DNA from: Flavobacteriaceae bacterium
GTDB lineage: Bacteria; Bacteroidota; Bacteroidia; Flavobacteriales; Flavobacteriaceae
Reading direction: 5' to 3'
DNA length: 57,879 bases
NCBI GenBank assembly: GCA_030830625.1
Contig: JAURMQ010000091.1
Coordinates: 1 to 57,879, forward strand
In this document: positions 30,401 through 39,088 of the stretch, one piece after another
Position numbering within the stretch: the stretch's first letter is position 1
Layout: the number at the start of each line of letters is the position of its first letter
The notes under the pieces: model-generated
Database searches by the model: none
Seen by the model: the letters and a program-made list of their open reading frames with translations, nothing else
What the model was told of the DNA's origin: nothing
Translations under genes and position numbers: made by a program

Positions 30401-30850
30401 CCATTTGCCTTCCCAGTCCTGCTCATTCAATAAACCCATTTCGAAAGTGGCAGGCGCACTCCAGTCCGAAACGTTTTGATTCTCCCCCCAAATTTTTACT
30501 TTCCAGAAATATTTTTTCCCGCTTTCTAAAGCGGTTCCTGTATAACGCACATGGACAGAGTTGTCTGATTTTACTTTCCCACTGTCCCATACTTCTCCCC
30601 TATTTTTGTCAAGATTTTCAAGGTTTTCTGAAACCAATATCTGATATGAAGTTTGCAACCCTCCTCTTCCTTTTGATTCGGCAATCCAGCTGAACTTCGG
30701 CTGATGCGTGTCAATGGCAATGGGATTTACAGCATATTCACATTTTAAATCAGTAAATGTAATAGGGCTCTGCACTCCACGATTCGCCAATAGAGAAAAG
30801 GGAGAAGCGAATAGTAGTAAATGAATATAGAGGTTAGATTTAAGCAGCAT
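27449..30850 (-). CDS. alpha-L-rhamnosidase (GH78) with inserted LamG/concanavalin-like domain
   Basis: 1133 aa with a signal peptide. GH78 N-terminal signature LKCEYAVNPIAIDTHQPKFSWI...QTSYQILVS, and a six-hairpin catalytic region in the C-terminal half. There is an extra ~185-aa lectin-like segment at about aa 150-335. Confidence 0.8.
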   Translation of the reverse strand: MLLKSNLYIHLLLFASPFSLLANRGVQSPITFTDLKCEYAVNPIAIDTHQPKFSWIAESKGRGGLQTSYQILVSENLENLDKNRGEVWDSGKVKSDNSVHVRYTGTALESGKKYFWKVKIWGENQNVSDWSAPATFEMGLLNEQDWEGKWIGERIFNNLSYGIGKRGKAVQLFGKDQPIKGRFHRLAKLEDGIAINVWIKPDSFTDDMQTVYRKEDGDASQLLSIGKKNGQKGIWFGLGINTVYEEDCASLPEDFFDDKKWHMITVSFDRTAKRFYADGKEIKAITNLGLISPRGYATAYIGSNQNQKEFFTGGIDELTVYRNGLQVAEIDRLMEGSLKSMDLIGSWEFEGQLKSNFKHRSDPPGKAQLLRKEFAVTKNIKRAKVYFSGLGLSELYLNGDKVGEDVLTPAHTDYHKSVKYMTYDVTSKLSPGNNAIGVILGNGWYSATVLDYPECWSDKPQLLLQLNIEYEDGTFASISSDQSWKTTAAPIGENDIDFGEKYDARKEISGWCSPNFNDSSWTSAQEDDGPTGKLSSLIMPAMKVVETLKPIKLEEPKPGTYLFSFDQLFGGWAKLKMKGQRGDTVTLEYSTRLLKSGLLDDEPWPGEQERDDYILSGDPKGECYEPRFTYHPVQYVQVKGLKYKPLLNDLEGRIVQNDEDLSGDFDCSNELFNSIHDNVNRTLSNSLKGFLLDCLHREPYGYNEPASIGASLYTRKNMPRFWKKYATDIRFAARADGSVGDVIPAFPGKPRVPDVSQGSAYAMLVWYLYQSYGDIELIAEHYETIKKWVDYIREQMCEGEIVSSGWLGDHMVPGLAPGYERYRSDETPPSLSYTALYFRNAHIVSEMAQLLHKKEDADQYGALAESIKKAFNTKYFDYQNSRYSSRSQTAELLPLSLGLVPEGHTAKLLKGIEHTITVKNSGHLMVGHAGLSALVEALTSNGLGEVMFNIVNQKTYPGWGYMVEQGATTIWESWGRDFASVGGRRRADNMTMLAGVNEFFYRYLAGIQGPNFYGIDTMEPAYKAFYIKPYPLGDLKFAKAFVTTVRGEIGSSWKREHDSFTLEVKIPYNSEAFVSIPRLGMKNIVISEGGKTVWSENKSDEEGVVGISEGVNDGEYITFTVGSGQYIFQAKAH

Positions 30851-31260
30851 ATAATCGTAATTAAGCGATTTGCGATAGTAGTATACGGTTGAATTTTTTT
30901 ATAAATATATCCAATAAATTTTCAATTTGATTTTTTGAAAAGATCAATTGACCGTAGGCTTTACCTTTTGAATTGGGCGCGAAATCCATCAGGCTTGTAT
31001 ATCTTTTCCCTCCTCTATCGGGATCGAATATAGTCATAACTTATTGAAAATTATTATTTTAGCACCGAATGATTTATCCATGCGTTTATCTCTAACGGGC
31101 AAGATCTGGCTATCGGTGATTACTGCAAACCTCAAAGCTCTGTGCAAGCATTACATTATTGGCTGGATTCAATACCACCAAACAGGGAGTCGTTATCCAA
31201 AATCTCTTTGAAGAAGCATTTTTTTGGGACAGCCCTCCTTTGAAAGATCGGAAGGCCCCT

Positions 31261-31908
31261 TTAAAAATCAAATTGAAGACCCAATGTTCTATTGAAGACT
31301 TCATCGGTGAGAGATTTATTGATGAAAAAATTAACACGGATTTTTTCTCTCAATCGATAGGTAATTTTCTGCGCAATTCCATAGGATGCATCTGGCTCTA
31401 AATTGGTAAACAAAATATAAAGCTGCGAATCGGCAACCAGTTTATGAATTTTCTTTCTCAGGTAAATGGAATAAAAATTGTTATTCATTTGAAAATTTTT
31501 CCCCTCCCCGTGTAAATACAGAAATAAAAATTCTGTTTTGGGATTTAAAGAAACAGAAGCTCTTATTTCTTGAACGCTTCTGGACTTATAGTCTTCATTT
31601 TCAAACAAGCGATACCCCGGAACTTGGAGCCCCACTTTGAGTTTGAAATTTTTGTCAATAAGCGTATAACGGGTAATCAACGAGTAGTTTGCCGGATGAA
31701 ACTCATCCATCATGATGAGGTTGATCAGGTTCAAACTGAATCTTTTTTTATCGTTTGTTCCTGCTCTAAGAATAAAGTGAGGCTTATTGGATGTAAAAAG
31801 TGGAATGAACGAAAACCCACCAGTATTCAACTCAATTGACCCATATTGTGAATGTACGTTTGAGCATAAAATAAAGAAAGCGGCAAAGCAAACAACGAAA
31901 TTCTTCAT
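31261..31908 (-). CDS. hypothetical outer-membrane beta-barrel protein
   Basis: 215 aa. Signal peptide MKNFVVCFAAFFILCSNVHSQ, amphipathic strands and a C-terminal ...GLQFDF (terminal Phe). Confidence 0.5.
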   Translation of the reverse strand: MKNFVVCFAAFFILCSNVHSQYGSIELNTGGFSFIPLFTSNKPHFILRAGTNDKKRFSLNLINLIMMDEFHPANYSLITRYTLIDKNFKLKVGLQVPGYRLFENEDYKSRSVQEIRASVSLNPKTEFLFLYLHGEGKNFQMNNNFYSIYLRKKIHKLVADSQLYILFTNLEPDASYGIAQKITYRLREKIRVNFFINKSLTDEVFNRTLGLQFDF

Positions 31909-32129
31909 AGGGGTTCAAAAATTGATTTTGAGATAATTTCCATCAACAAGATACATTCCGTTCCTATTTTTGCCAAACATGATCAATGAGATTCAATCAG
32001 ATAAAATAGAAAGGGAGGAGACTGGCAAGCCGAGAGAGATCCCTTTTTCTCCGTCATCCTAAGGGTGTCTTTTTGGACAGAGATTTTGGGTTGCATGAAG
32101 ATTAGCATCAAAAGGAAACACTAAAAGTT

Positions 32130-32282
32130 CTAATTTTTGTGTTTTAAAAACCTTCCTTTTTTACCGCGTCTCAATTCTAATTTTTTGGCCTTTTCAAATT
32201 CAGTGCGGTTGTATTGCTTCCCATTGACGCAAATGGACTGTGCGTTTTTTGGAAATTCAATGAATAATAAACGGCTTGGCAT
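32130..32282 (-). CDS. small basic hypothetical protein (50 aa; below the ORF-track cutoff)
   Basis: Hand-translated as MPSRLLFIEFPKNAQSICVNGKQYNRTEFEKAKKLELRRGKKGRFLKHKN, ATG to TAG. No family recognised. Confidence 0.25.
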   Translation of the reverse strand: MPSRLLFIEFPKNAQSICVNGKQYNRTEFEKAKKLELRRGKKGRFLKHKN

Positions 32283-32809
32283 GATTGAAATTTTAATTCT
32301 ATAAATATAGTATATAAATATTTAGATCTTCAAATTTCTAAACCTTCCGTAAAATCCCTACAATGAGCTGATTTATTTATTGAAAAATCAGTCTCTGCTC
32401 GGGCGATGAATAGCGTCTGAACGCTACCGTATTTTTTTTTGAGCAGAGCTTCCATAGGCTATGAAATCGCTCCTCTCAAAAATTTCATTTTTTTACAGCT
32501 TCGCTTGGAGTTATTTTATTTTGGCATAGGTTTTCAATCCCATTCGACAAAAATTTAGGCCACAAACGCTCATTCATACCCCAACAAAAGATGCGCTCTA
32601 AAAAATACGACAATCAGTATAATGGGATGTTCGTCAAAAACGCTGTAACCGATTCTCATAGGGGTCATCTTGTCCTTGGAAATGCATCACCAGAGGAGGA
32701 AATACACGAAAAGAAGTCGTCAAGTAGTTGTGCCGGCCAACGACTGACTTTCAACCGACGTTGTTCAGTCGATCATAGTGTTTTATCTTTGAAGAAACAA
32801 ATTGTAGAG

Positions 32810-33244
32810 ATGAATATTTTGAAGGAATTTAAGGAATTTGCCATTAAAGGAAATATGATAGAAATGGCGGTAGGGATTGTCATTGGAGCATCATTCAACT
32901 CGGTGGTAGATGTATTGGTTAAGAATATTTTATTGCCACCCATATCGTTATTGTCCAATGGGGTAAATATCCAACATAAAAAGATAATCCTCCGAAAAGG
33001 AACCTCAGACCTAAGCCAGGTATCCATCGATTATGGGTATTTTGTCAATACGCTTGTGGACTTTTTAGTAGTGGGATTTACCATATTTGTAGTCATCAAA
33101 TTCTTCAACGCTTTAAAAAGAAAGTCTGAAGATGTGAATGAACCCTCTGTTCAAACCCCAAAAGAAATTGTATTACTCACCCAAATAAAAGACCTCTTGG
33201 AGCAAATTCATCAAAAAGACAGCCCTAATAAACCCAAGGCGTAA
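32810..33244 (+). CDS. mscL: large-conductance mechanosensitive channel
   Basis: 144 aa from ATG 32810. MNILKEFKEFAIKGNMIEMAVGIVIGASFNSVVDVLVKNILLPPI parallels the E. coli MscL N-terminus. The upstream 73 codons of the ORF look non-coding. Confidence 0.9.
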   Translation: MNILKEFKEFAIKGNMIEMAVGIVIGASFNSVVDVLVKNILLPPISLLSNGVNIQHKKIILRKGTSDLSQVSIDYGYFVNTLVDFLVVGFTIFVVIKFFNALKRKSEDVNEPSVQTPKEIVLLTQIKDLLEQIHQKDSPNKPKA

Positions 33245-33302
33245 AAGGAAACGAATAAAGGGATCTCTCGTCAAAAATTCCAGGGGATGTATAAGTCAGA
33301 AG

Positions 33303-33923
33303 TCAAGGCAATCCTTCCAAGTCGAGCGGGCGATCCAAGACGACTTCGCGATAACTTATTTTCCAAATCCCCTCTATTTTTTTGAGCTTAAAATGGCAAG
33401 AAATGGGGGTTAGCATTACATTCGATCGCTTCTTATCGGTCGTCAAAAGGGTCATGTATTGATTTAAATCAGCAGAATTTTCTGTCAATTCGAGGAATAA
33501 TGTATTGGACATCATATGCCTTGTTTGCCGAGTGTTATTTTTCAAAAAATCCATACGCTCTCGGCTGTTTTTAATGCTTTCTTTATCTTTTATGGGAGAA
33601 GAAACCCTTTCATTGCCCGAGCTGTAGCGAACCTCAAGAGCATCCTCAGTAAACAGCGAAAGAAAACCCTCTAAATTATGGGCATCCCAATACATGCCAC
33701 TGGCATCGACAACCTCTTTAATGGCCATTCTGTCTGCTGCATTAAAATTTGGGTCGCCTGGAATTCCAGACCAGTTGCTTTTGCTTTTTTCTTTTTTACC
33801 CAATACATTTCCCAGTATATTTTTGACATCATCCATTTTGATTTTGTTCAAATCCAATGATTGTCCTTGCGCAGTCGAGAGTATAAAAAGGGCAAAAAGA
33901 AGGAAAATACGCTTTTGATTCAT
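33303..33923 (-). CDS. secreted SnoaL-like / NTF2-fold protein
   Basis: 206 aa. Signal peptide, then MAIKEVVDASGMYWDAHNLEGFLSLFTEDA..., which is typical of SnoaL_4/NTF2-like domains. Confidence 0.5.
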   Translation of the reverse strand: MNQKRIFLLFALFILSTAQGQSLDLNKIKMDDVKNILGNVLGKKEKSKSNWSGIPGDPNFNAADRMAIKEVVDASGMYWDAHNLEGFLSLFTEDALEVRYSSGNERVSSPIKDKESIKNSRERMDFLKNNTRQTRHMMSNTLFLELTENSADLNQYMTLLTTDKKRSNVMLTPISCHFKLKKIEGIWKISYREVVLDRPLDLEGLP

Positions 33924-34213
33924 AATGAAATCGGTATGATTAATAACCTACGGAGAGATAATCCCTGTGACAAGATGGCCTTATTTTTTTCTAGCGCCTC
34001 TTCCGTCTATGGTATAAATTTAAATGATTTTATCATCGAATTCAGCAGGCCAAAACAAGAAAAATTTAGACAAAATTAAACTTAAAAATACGGATTTGGA
34101 GTGGGACCATAATTTTTTAAGATTTTTCCCAAAATTATTTGATCTTTGTAGTTATTAAGAACGGATTGAACCATTATTAAAGATTTTATATCTTGTATTT
34201 TCAAAACATTTCA

Positions 34214-34549
34214 ATGAAAAAACTAATGCTGATTTGCTGGTTGGTTTTTTCCTGCTCAGAAGGTTCCAATAAGAAGGATCGGGAGACGATAAAAGCTCGA
34301 GTCATTGCTCACGAATTGAGTCGCTGGCAAGGGAGGACAACGCCCGAAAATTTTATTTTTTCAGAATTAAACGACTCAACTTTCACCCTTTCTTCTGAAT
34401 TTGTTCACCCCATGCTAAAAAAAGAAGTAGAATTTACACATCGATATTATTTCACCGCTTCTCTTGACAGCATCAAATCGAGTGATTTGATAAAACGAAG
34501 AACCAAATTGAATGGCAATTGGAGTTTAGATTTCGATTTGTCCAATTGA
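34214..34549 (+). CDS. hypothetical lipoprotein
   Basis: 111 aa from ATG 34214. Lipobox LVFSCS. No recognised family. Confidence 0.4.
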   Translation: MKKLMLICWLVFSCSEGSNKKDRETIKARVIAHELSRWQGRTTPENFIFSELNDSTFTLSSEFVHPMLKKEVEFTHRYYFTASLDSIKSSDLIKRRTKLNGNWSLDFDLSN

Positions 34550-34620
34550 TTCATCACATCTGTTTTCAATCAAGAGAGCGATAATTCTCAATATTATTTA
34601 ATTTAAATGGGATTAAACCA

Positions 34621-35403
34621 ATGATAAAACACCCTACTTTCCGCCCCTATTTGTTGTTCTTTTTTGTTCAAACCGCATTTTTGTCTGCACAAAACATCAT
34701 CACCGACCGCCCCGACCAAACAGAGAGTGCAGTTACCCTTGAAAAAGGGAGGTTGCAAATTGAGTCGGGCATATTGACTCAAACCGAAGGAGACGGCAAC
34801 GAAAAATTAAACACTCTGGTCATTCCCACCAACCTTTTCAGGTACGGAATTTCCAAAAAAGTAGAATTGCGATTGGTTGTACAGCTCGATGGCATCCAAA
34901 CCAAGGATGATAATGCCTATCAGTTTGCACTCGCCAGTGTAGAATTGGGAGCCAAAATCGTTCTCAACCAAACGGAAGATCCTACAGTGCAATTCGCCCT
35001 GCTCTCCCATTTGGTATTGCCCAAAGACAATTGGAGCCAATTTTCAAATCAATTGGGCTTTCTCAATCGCATTTCCATTGCCCACAACATCAATCAAAAA
35101 ACCAGCATAGGCTATAATCTGGGTTACAATCATTATACCTATGGAGAGGGAAATTTTATTTATACGGTGGCCATTGGACATAGCCTTTCTGAAAAATTAA
35201 GTATTTACGTTGAGCCATACGGGTCTGTTTTTACCGATTTGATCCCGCTTTCCAATTTTGATTTCGGAATGGCCTACTTGGTCAATTCCAATATTCAGCT
35301 TGACCTGTCTTTTGGATTGGGGCTCAACAATACGATGAATTATCAATCGCTGGGAATCAGTTGGAGGCAAAAAGCCAAAGAAAAAACCCCTCCTATTCCG
35401 TAA
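34621..35403 (+). CDS. outer-membrane beta-barrel channel (MetA-pathway/transporter-like family)
   Basis: 260 aa. Signal peptide, then ITDRPDQTESAVTLEKGRLQIESG, a motif typical of this OM family. Alternating beta strands. Confidence 0.55.
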   Translation: MIKHPTFRPYLLFFFVQTAFLSAQNIITDRPDQTESAVTLEKGRLQIESGILTQTEGDGNEKLNTLVIPTNLFRYGISKKVELRLVVQLDGIQTKDDNAYQFALASVELGAKIVLNQTEDPTVQFALLSHLVLPKDNWSQFSNQLGFLNRISIAHNINQKTSIGYNLGYNHYTYGEGNFIYTVAIGHSLSEKLSIYVEPYGSVFTDLIPLSNFDFGMAYLVNSNIQLDLSFGLGLNNTMNYQSLGISWRQKAKEKTPPIP

Positions 35404-35588
35404 TCTTCCACGACGGCATCAGGCGTAAAAGCAAAATCAACTCCTTTCTCTGAAGGGAGAAAAGAAACGCAGTCCTCTAATTAAGGTTCTTAACAAATCC
35501 CCTCTTTTTGTTTTGGGAGAATATAATGGAGTCGCTTTTTCCCATTCCCCCCATGAATTTTTATATTTACTGCAGTCAAAACTTTATT

Positions 35589-36995
35589 ATGAAAAATTCC
35601 GTGGGCTTATTGTGGTTTCTTTTTTCCTTTTTTACCCTTTCGGGGCAATCAGAAAACCCTCCCAATTTTGTGGTGATATTTTGCGACGACTTGGGTTATG
35701 GAGATTTGGGGACCTTTGGAAATCCAATCATCAAGACACCCCATCTCGACCAGTTGGCCCATGAAGGCCAAAAGTGGACCCAATTTTATGTAGCAGATCC
35801 AGTTTGTACTCCCAGCAGGGCTGCATTGCTAACGGGAAGATATCCCATCCGATCGGGGATGACTTCATCGAAAAGAGTGGTTCTTTTTCCCGATTCTTCC
35901 AGAGGACTGCCCCATGAAGAAATCACAATAGCAGAAGTCTTGAAAGACAAAGGCTATGCTACTGCGGCTGTGGGGAAATGGCACTTGGGCCATTTACCCC
36001 AATACCTCCCCCAAGCCCAAGGTTTTGATTATTATTATGGGATTCCTTATTCCAACGATATGAATAGCTCCAATTGGGGACAGTACCGCAAACAGGCCGA
36101 TGACCCCCATTATTTCAGCAAAACAGAATATTTCGACGTCCCATTGATTGAAAATACCACCGAAATTGAACGACCCGCCGATCAGACCACCATTACAAAA
36201 AGATACACCGAGAGGGCGGTAGATTTTATAGAAAAAAATAAAGAGAAACCTTTCTTTTTGTATCTGGCCCACAGTTTACCCCACATTCCTCTTTTTGTTT
36301 CCGATGCCTTCAAAGGCAGAAGCAAAGCAGGTCTTTATACCGATGTGATCGAAGAAATTGATTGGAGTGTAGGAAAACTTATTGAAGCTTTGAAGAAAAA
36401 CAAATTAGATCAAAATACGATTGTGGTTTTCACTTCCGATAACGGACCCTGGTTGCTTTTCAAAACCCATGGGGGATCGGCAGGACCCTTGAGAGCGGGT
36501 AAAGGAACTACCTTCGAAGGAGGACAAAGAGTACCCACTATTTTTTGGGGTCCGGGGAGGGTAAAACCGGGCACCATAAACGATTTGGGATCCACTCTCG
36601 ATCTGCTTTCCACTTTTGCCGCTCTTTCGGGAGCTCAAACTCCCGATGACCGGAAAATGGACGGCTATGATCTGTCCAAAGTATTGACAAATAAAGAAGA
36701 AAGCCCACGAAAAGAATTTTTTTACTGGGCCTTCGGGGAGCTTCACGGATATCGAACCTCCCAATACAAAGTGCACATTAAGCAAAGAGAACCCGTCAAT
36801 TACGGGAGGCCTACAATTGTTCTTGAAAAACCCCAGTTGTATGAGTTACGGTCAGACATTTCCGAAAAATACGATGTTGCGGATAGATTTCCAGCTGTGG
36901 TCTCTGAAATGCTGGAAAGGATGGACGATCATTTGAAGGATGTGGAAGACTCTCGTCCAGAACAACTTTCACACGTCATTAAAGATTTTAAATAA
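35589..36995 (+). CDS. arylsulfatase (formylglycine-dependent sulfatase family)
   Basis: 468 aa from ATG 35589. PNFVVIFCDDLGYGD, sulfatase signature CTPSRAALLTGRYP, and GKWHLG. Confidence 0.9.
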   Translation: MKNSVGLLWFLFSFFTLSGQSENPPNFVVIFCDDLGYGDLGTFGNPIIKTPHLDQLAHEGQKWTQFYVADPVCTPSRAALLTGRYPIRSGMTSSKRVVLFPDSSRGLPHEEITIAEVLKDKGYATAAVGKWHLGHLPQYLPQAQGFDYYYGIPYSNDMNSSNWGQYRKQADDPHYFSKTEYFDVPLIENTTEIERPADQTTITKRYTERAVDFIEKNKEKPFFLYLAHSLPHIPLFVSDAFKGRSKAGLYTDVIEEIDWSVGKLIEALKKNKLDQNTIVVFTSDNGPWLLFKTHGGSAGPLRAGKGTTFEGGQRVPTIFWGPGRVKPGTINDLGSTLDLLSTFAALSGAQTPDDRKMDGYDLSKVLTNKEESPRKEFFYWAFGELHGYRTSQYKVHIKQREPVNYGRPTIVLEKPQLYELRSDISEKYDVADRFPAVVSEMLERMDDHLKDVEDSRPEQLSHVIKDFK

Positions 36996-37039
36996 TACGA
37001 TTCTTCATAGACTCAAGCGCCGCATTTGTGTTTTTTTAA

Positions 37040-37059
37040 TGAAACGCTAAGCGTTCACA
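37040..37059. promoter_or_regulatory. near-perfect palindrome upstream of the MIOX cluster (candidate operator)
   Basis: TGAAACGCT-A-AGCGTTCACA lies about 130 nt upstream of the MIOX start, in the TG..A.CG...CG.T..CA style of LacI-type operators. No regulator gene is seen nearby. Confidence 0.3.
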
Positions 37060-37185
37060 CATACTGTTTTATATACAAGAGTTGTAGGTACAAATAATAA
37101 TTAAATAGAATTTCATAAAAAGCGATCAAATGAATTATCAGATTAAATAATTTTTTAATTTTATTAAAAATTTAAATATTGATTC

Positions 37186-38049
37186 ATGAAAAGTCCAAAT
37201 CCCAATCCCCTATCCAGTATGGATGAGTGGGAAGATGATTTACTCAAAAGATACCCTGATCCCAAAATGGCAAAGGAAAAGGAGGCCTTTAGAAATTATG
37301 TTGACTCCGACCGTGATGCCACCGTTAGGGAATTTTACCAACTCAACCACCAATATCAGACTTACGATTTTGTGGAATCCAAAGAAAAAGATTTCTTGGC
37401 CTTCAACAAGCGTAAAATGTCTGTTTGGGAAGCTTTGGATTACCTCAATACTTTGGTAGACGACAGTGACCCTGATATTGAATTGGATCAGCTCCAACAC
37501 CTTTTACAGACCTCAGAAGCCATTCGCAAAGACGGTCATCCCGATTGGTTTGTCCTTACGGGATTGCTCCACGATTTAGGAAAAGTACTTTGTCTTTTTG
37601 GCGAACCCCAATGGGCAGTTGTCGGGGATACCTTCCCTGTAGGCTGTCGTTTTTCTGACAAAATAGTTTATCCCGAATTTTTCACCACCAACCCAGACTT
37701 CTCTGACGAAAGGTACAGCTCCAAATTGGGGATATATACCCAAAACTGTGGATTGGATCAGGTCAAAATGAGTTGGGGGCACGATGAATACTTATACCAA
37801 ATAGTGAAAGATTATTTGCCCAAGCCGGCACTTTATATGATCCGTTACCATTCTTTTTATTCTCAGCACCGCGAGGGGGCCTACGATTATTTGATGAATG
37901 ACGAAGACAGAGAATATTTTAAATGGGTAAATCTATTCAACCCCTATGATTTGTATTCAAAGGCGCCAGTCCCTCCCGATGCAAAAGCTTTAAAACCGTA
38001 TTACGAGGATTTGATTGCCAAATACCTCCCAGAAAAACTAATGTTTTAA
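37186..38049 (+). CDS. myo-inositol oxygenase family protein (HD-domain di-iron)
   Basis: 287 aa. [18 protein letters not shown] and RYHSFY blocks are characteristic of MIOX. Confidence 0.85.
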   Translation: MKSPNPNPLSSMDEWEDDLLKRYPDPKMAKEKEAFRNYVDSDRDATVREFYQLNHQYQTYDFVESKEKDFLAFNKRKMSVWEALDYLNTLVDDSDPDIELDQLQHLLQTSEAIRKDGHPDWFVLTGLLHDLGKVLCLFGEPQWAVVGDTFPVGCRFSDKIVYPEFFTTNPDFSDERYSSKLGIYTQNCGLDQVKMSWGHDEYLYQIVKDYLPKPALYMIRYHSFYSQHREGAYDYLMNDEDREYFKWVNLFNPYDLYSKAPVPPDAKALKPYYEDLIAKYLPEKLMF

Positions 38050-38072
38050 CGCAGTAAACTTCTGCTTGTGGG

Positions 38073-39068
38073 ATGATCAATTTTGGCATAGTAGGTATAG
38101 GGAGAATTGGTAAAATTCACCTCAGTAATGTACAGCGTTACTGTCCCAATGCTCAAATACTTGCGGCCTGTCCCGCGAGTGCCGAGCACAAGACATTTCT
38201 CAAGGAAAATGGAGTGGCCTTACATTTCGATACTTTTGAAGAAATGTTACAAGTTCCAAAACTCGATGCGGTTATCATTGCGTCACCTACTGCTTTTCAC
38301 TACGAGCACATCCTTCAAGCGGCACAGGCAGGCAAACATATTTTTTGCGAAAAACCCATTAATTTGGAGTATGAGAAGGTAAAAAATGTTGCCCAAGTAG
38401 TAGCGCATGCGGGAATCCACTTTATGGTCGCCTTCAACCGAAGATTTGATCCACACATTCAGCAACTCAAAGAGGCAGTAGATACAGGTAAAGTGGGAAG
38501 CCCGCGAATTTTGAAAATTACCAGTCGCGATCCCCAGCCCCCTCCATTGGATTTTGTCAAGCATTCTGGAGGACTTTTTATGGACATGACCATTCACGAT
38601 TTTGATATGGCCCGTTATCTAATCGGCGATGAGGTGGCAGAGGTGCATGCCCATGGAGCTGTTTTTGGGGATATTCCTGTCGACCAATTCGATGACATCG
38701 ATACGGCTGTAGTTACACTGATCTTTAAAAAGGGCTGTATGGTCCAGATCGACAATAGTCGTTACTGTTCCTATGGATACGACCAACGAATCGAGCTTTT
38801 TGGCGAGAAGGGCAGAGTGGCCACCCAAAATGTATTGGAAGATTCGGTTGTAACGGTCGATGCCTTAGGGCACCACCACGCTCGTGCCCAATATTTTTTC
38901 ATAGAGCGTTATGCCGATTCCTACCGCAACATACTGATGAATTTTGTGGAAACCTTACAAAATAAACAACCGCCCAACATTTCAGCCAAAGATGGCCTTG
39001 CAGCACTGGCCATAGCCATGGCGGCCAAACAATCACTAAAGGAAAACCGCCCCATTACACTTTCGTAA
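38073..39068 (+). CDS. Gfo/Idh/MocA oxidoreductase (inositol 2-dehydrogenase-like)
   Basis: 331 aa. Rossmann motif GIVGIGRIGKIH, an EKP motif (FCEKPI), and FNRRFDP. Confidence 0.85.
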   Translation: MINFGIVGIGRIGKIHLSNVQRYCPNAQILAACPASAEHKTFLKENGVALHFDTFEEMLQVPKLDAVIIASPTAFHYEHILQAAQAGKHIFCEKPINLEYEKVKNVAQVVAHAGIHFMVAFNRRFDPHIQQLKEAVDTGKVGSPRILKITSRDPQPPPLDFVKHSGGLFMDMTIHDFDMARYLIGDEVAEVHAHGAVFGDIPVDQFDDIDTAVVTLIFKKGCMVQIDNSRYCSYGYDQRIELFGEKGRVATQNVLEDSVVTVDALGHHHARAQYFFIERYADSYRNILMNFVETLQNKQPPNISAKDGLAALAIAMAAKQSLKENRPITLS

Positions 39069-39088
39069 TCGGATGTAAAAACCATATT

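Noticed and set aside
30861-31037. 58-aa minus-strand ORF (MTIFDPDRGGKRYTSLMDFAPNSKGKAYGQLIFSKNQIENLLDIFIKKFNRILLSQIA) just upstream of the GH78 gene.
   Set aside because: No recognisable motif and no obvious ribosome-binding context. It could be a real small gene or a regulator fragment, but the sequence alone gives insufficient support.
31110-31401. Two listed ORFs (31110-31337 on the minus strand, 31159-31401 on the plus strand) at the 3' end of the OM barrel gene.
   Set aside because: They overlap each other and the better-supported 31261-31908 gene, and they lack any motif. Treated as shadow ORFs.
32591-32809. 73-codon N-terminal extension of mscL.
   Set aside because: MscL homology starts exactly at the internal ATG at 32810 (MNILKEFKEFA...). 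The upstream part has no TM or signal features.
26029-36995. A tRNA-Ala-anchored genomic island or mobile element.
   Set aside because: No integrase, transposase, plasmid/phage genes or tRNA 3'-end direct repeat are recognisable. I kept it only as a low-interest context note.
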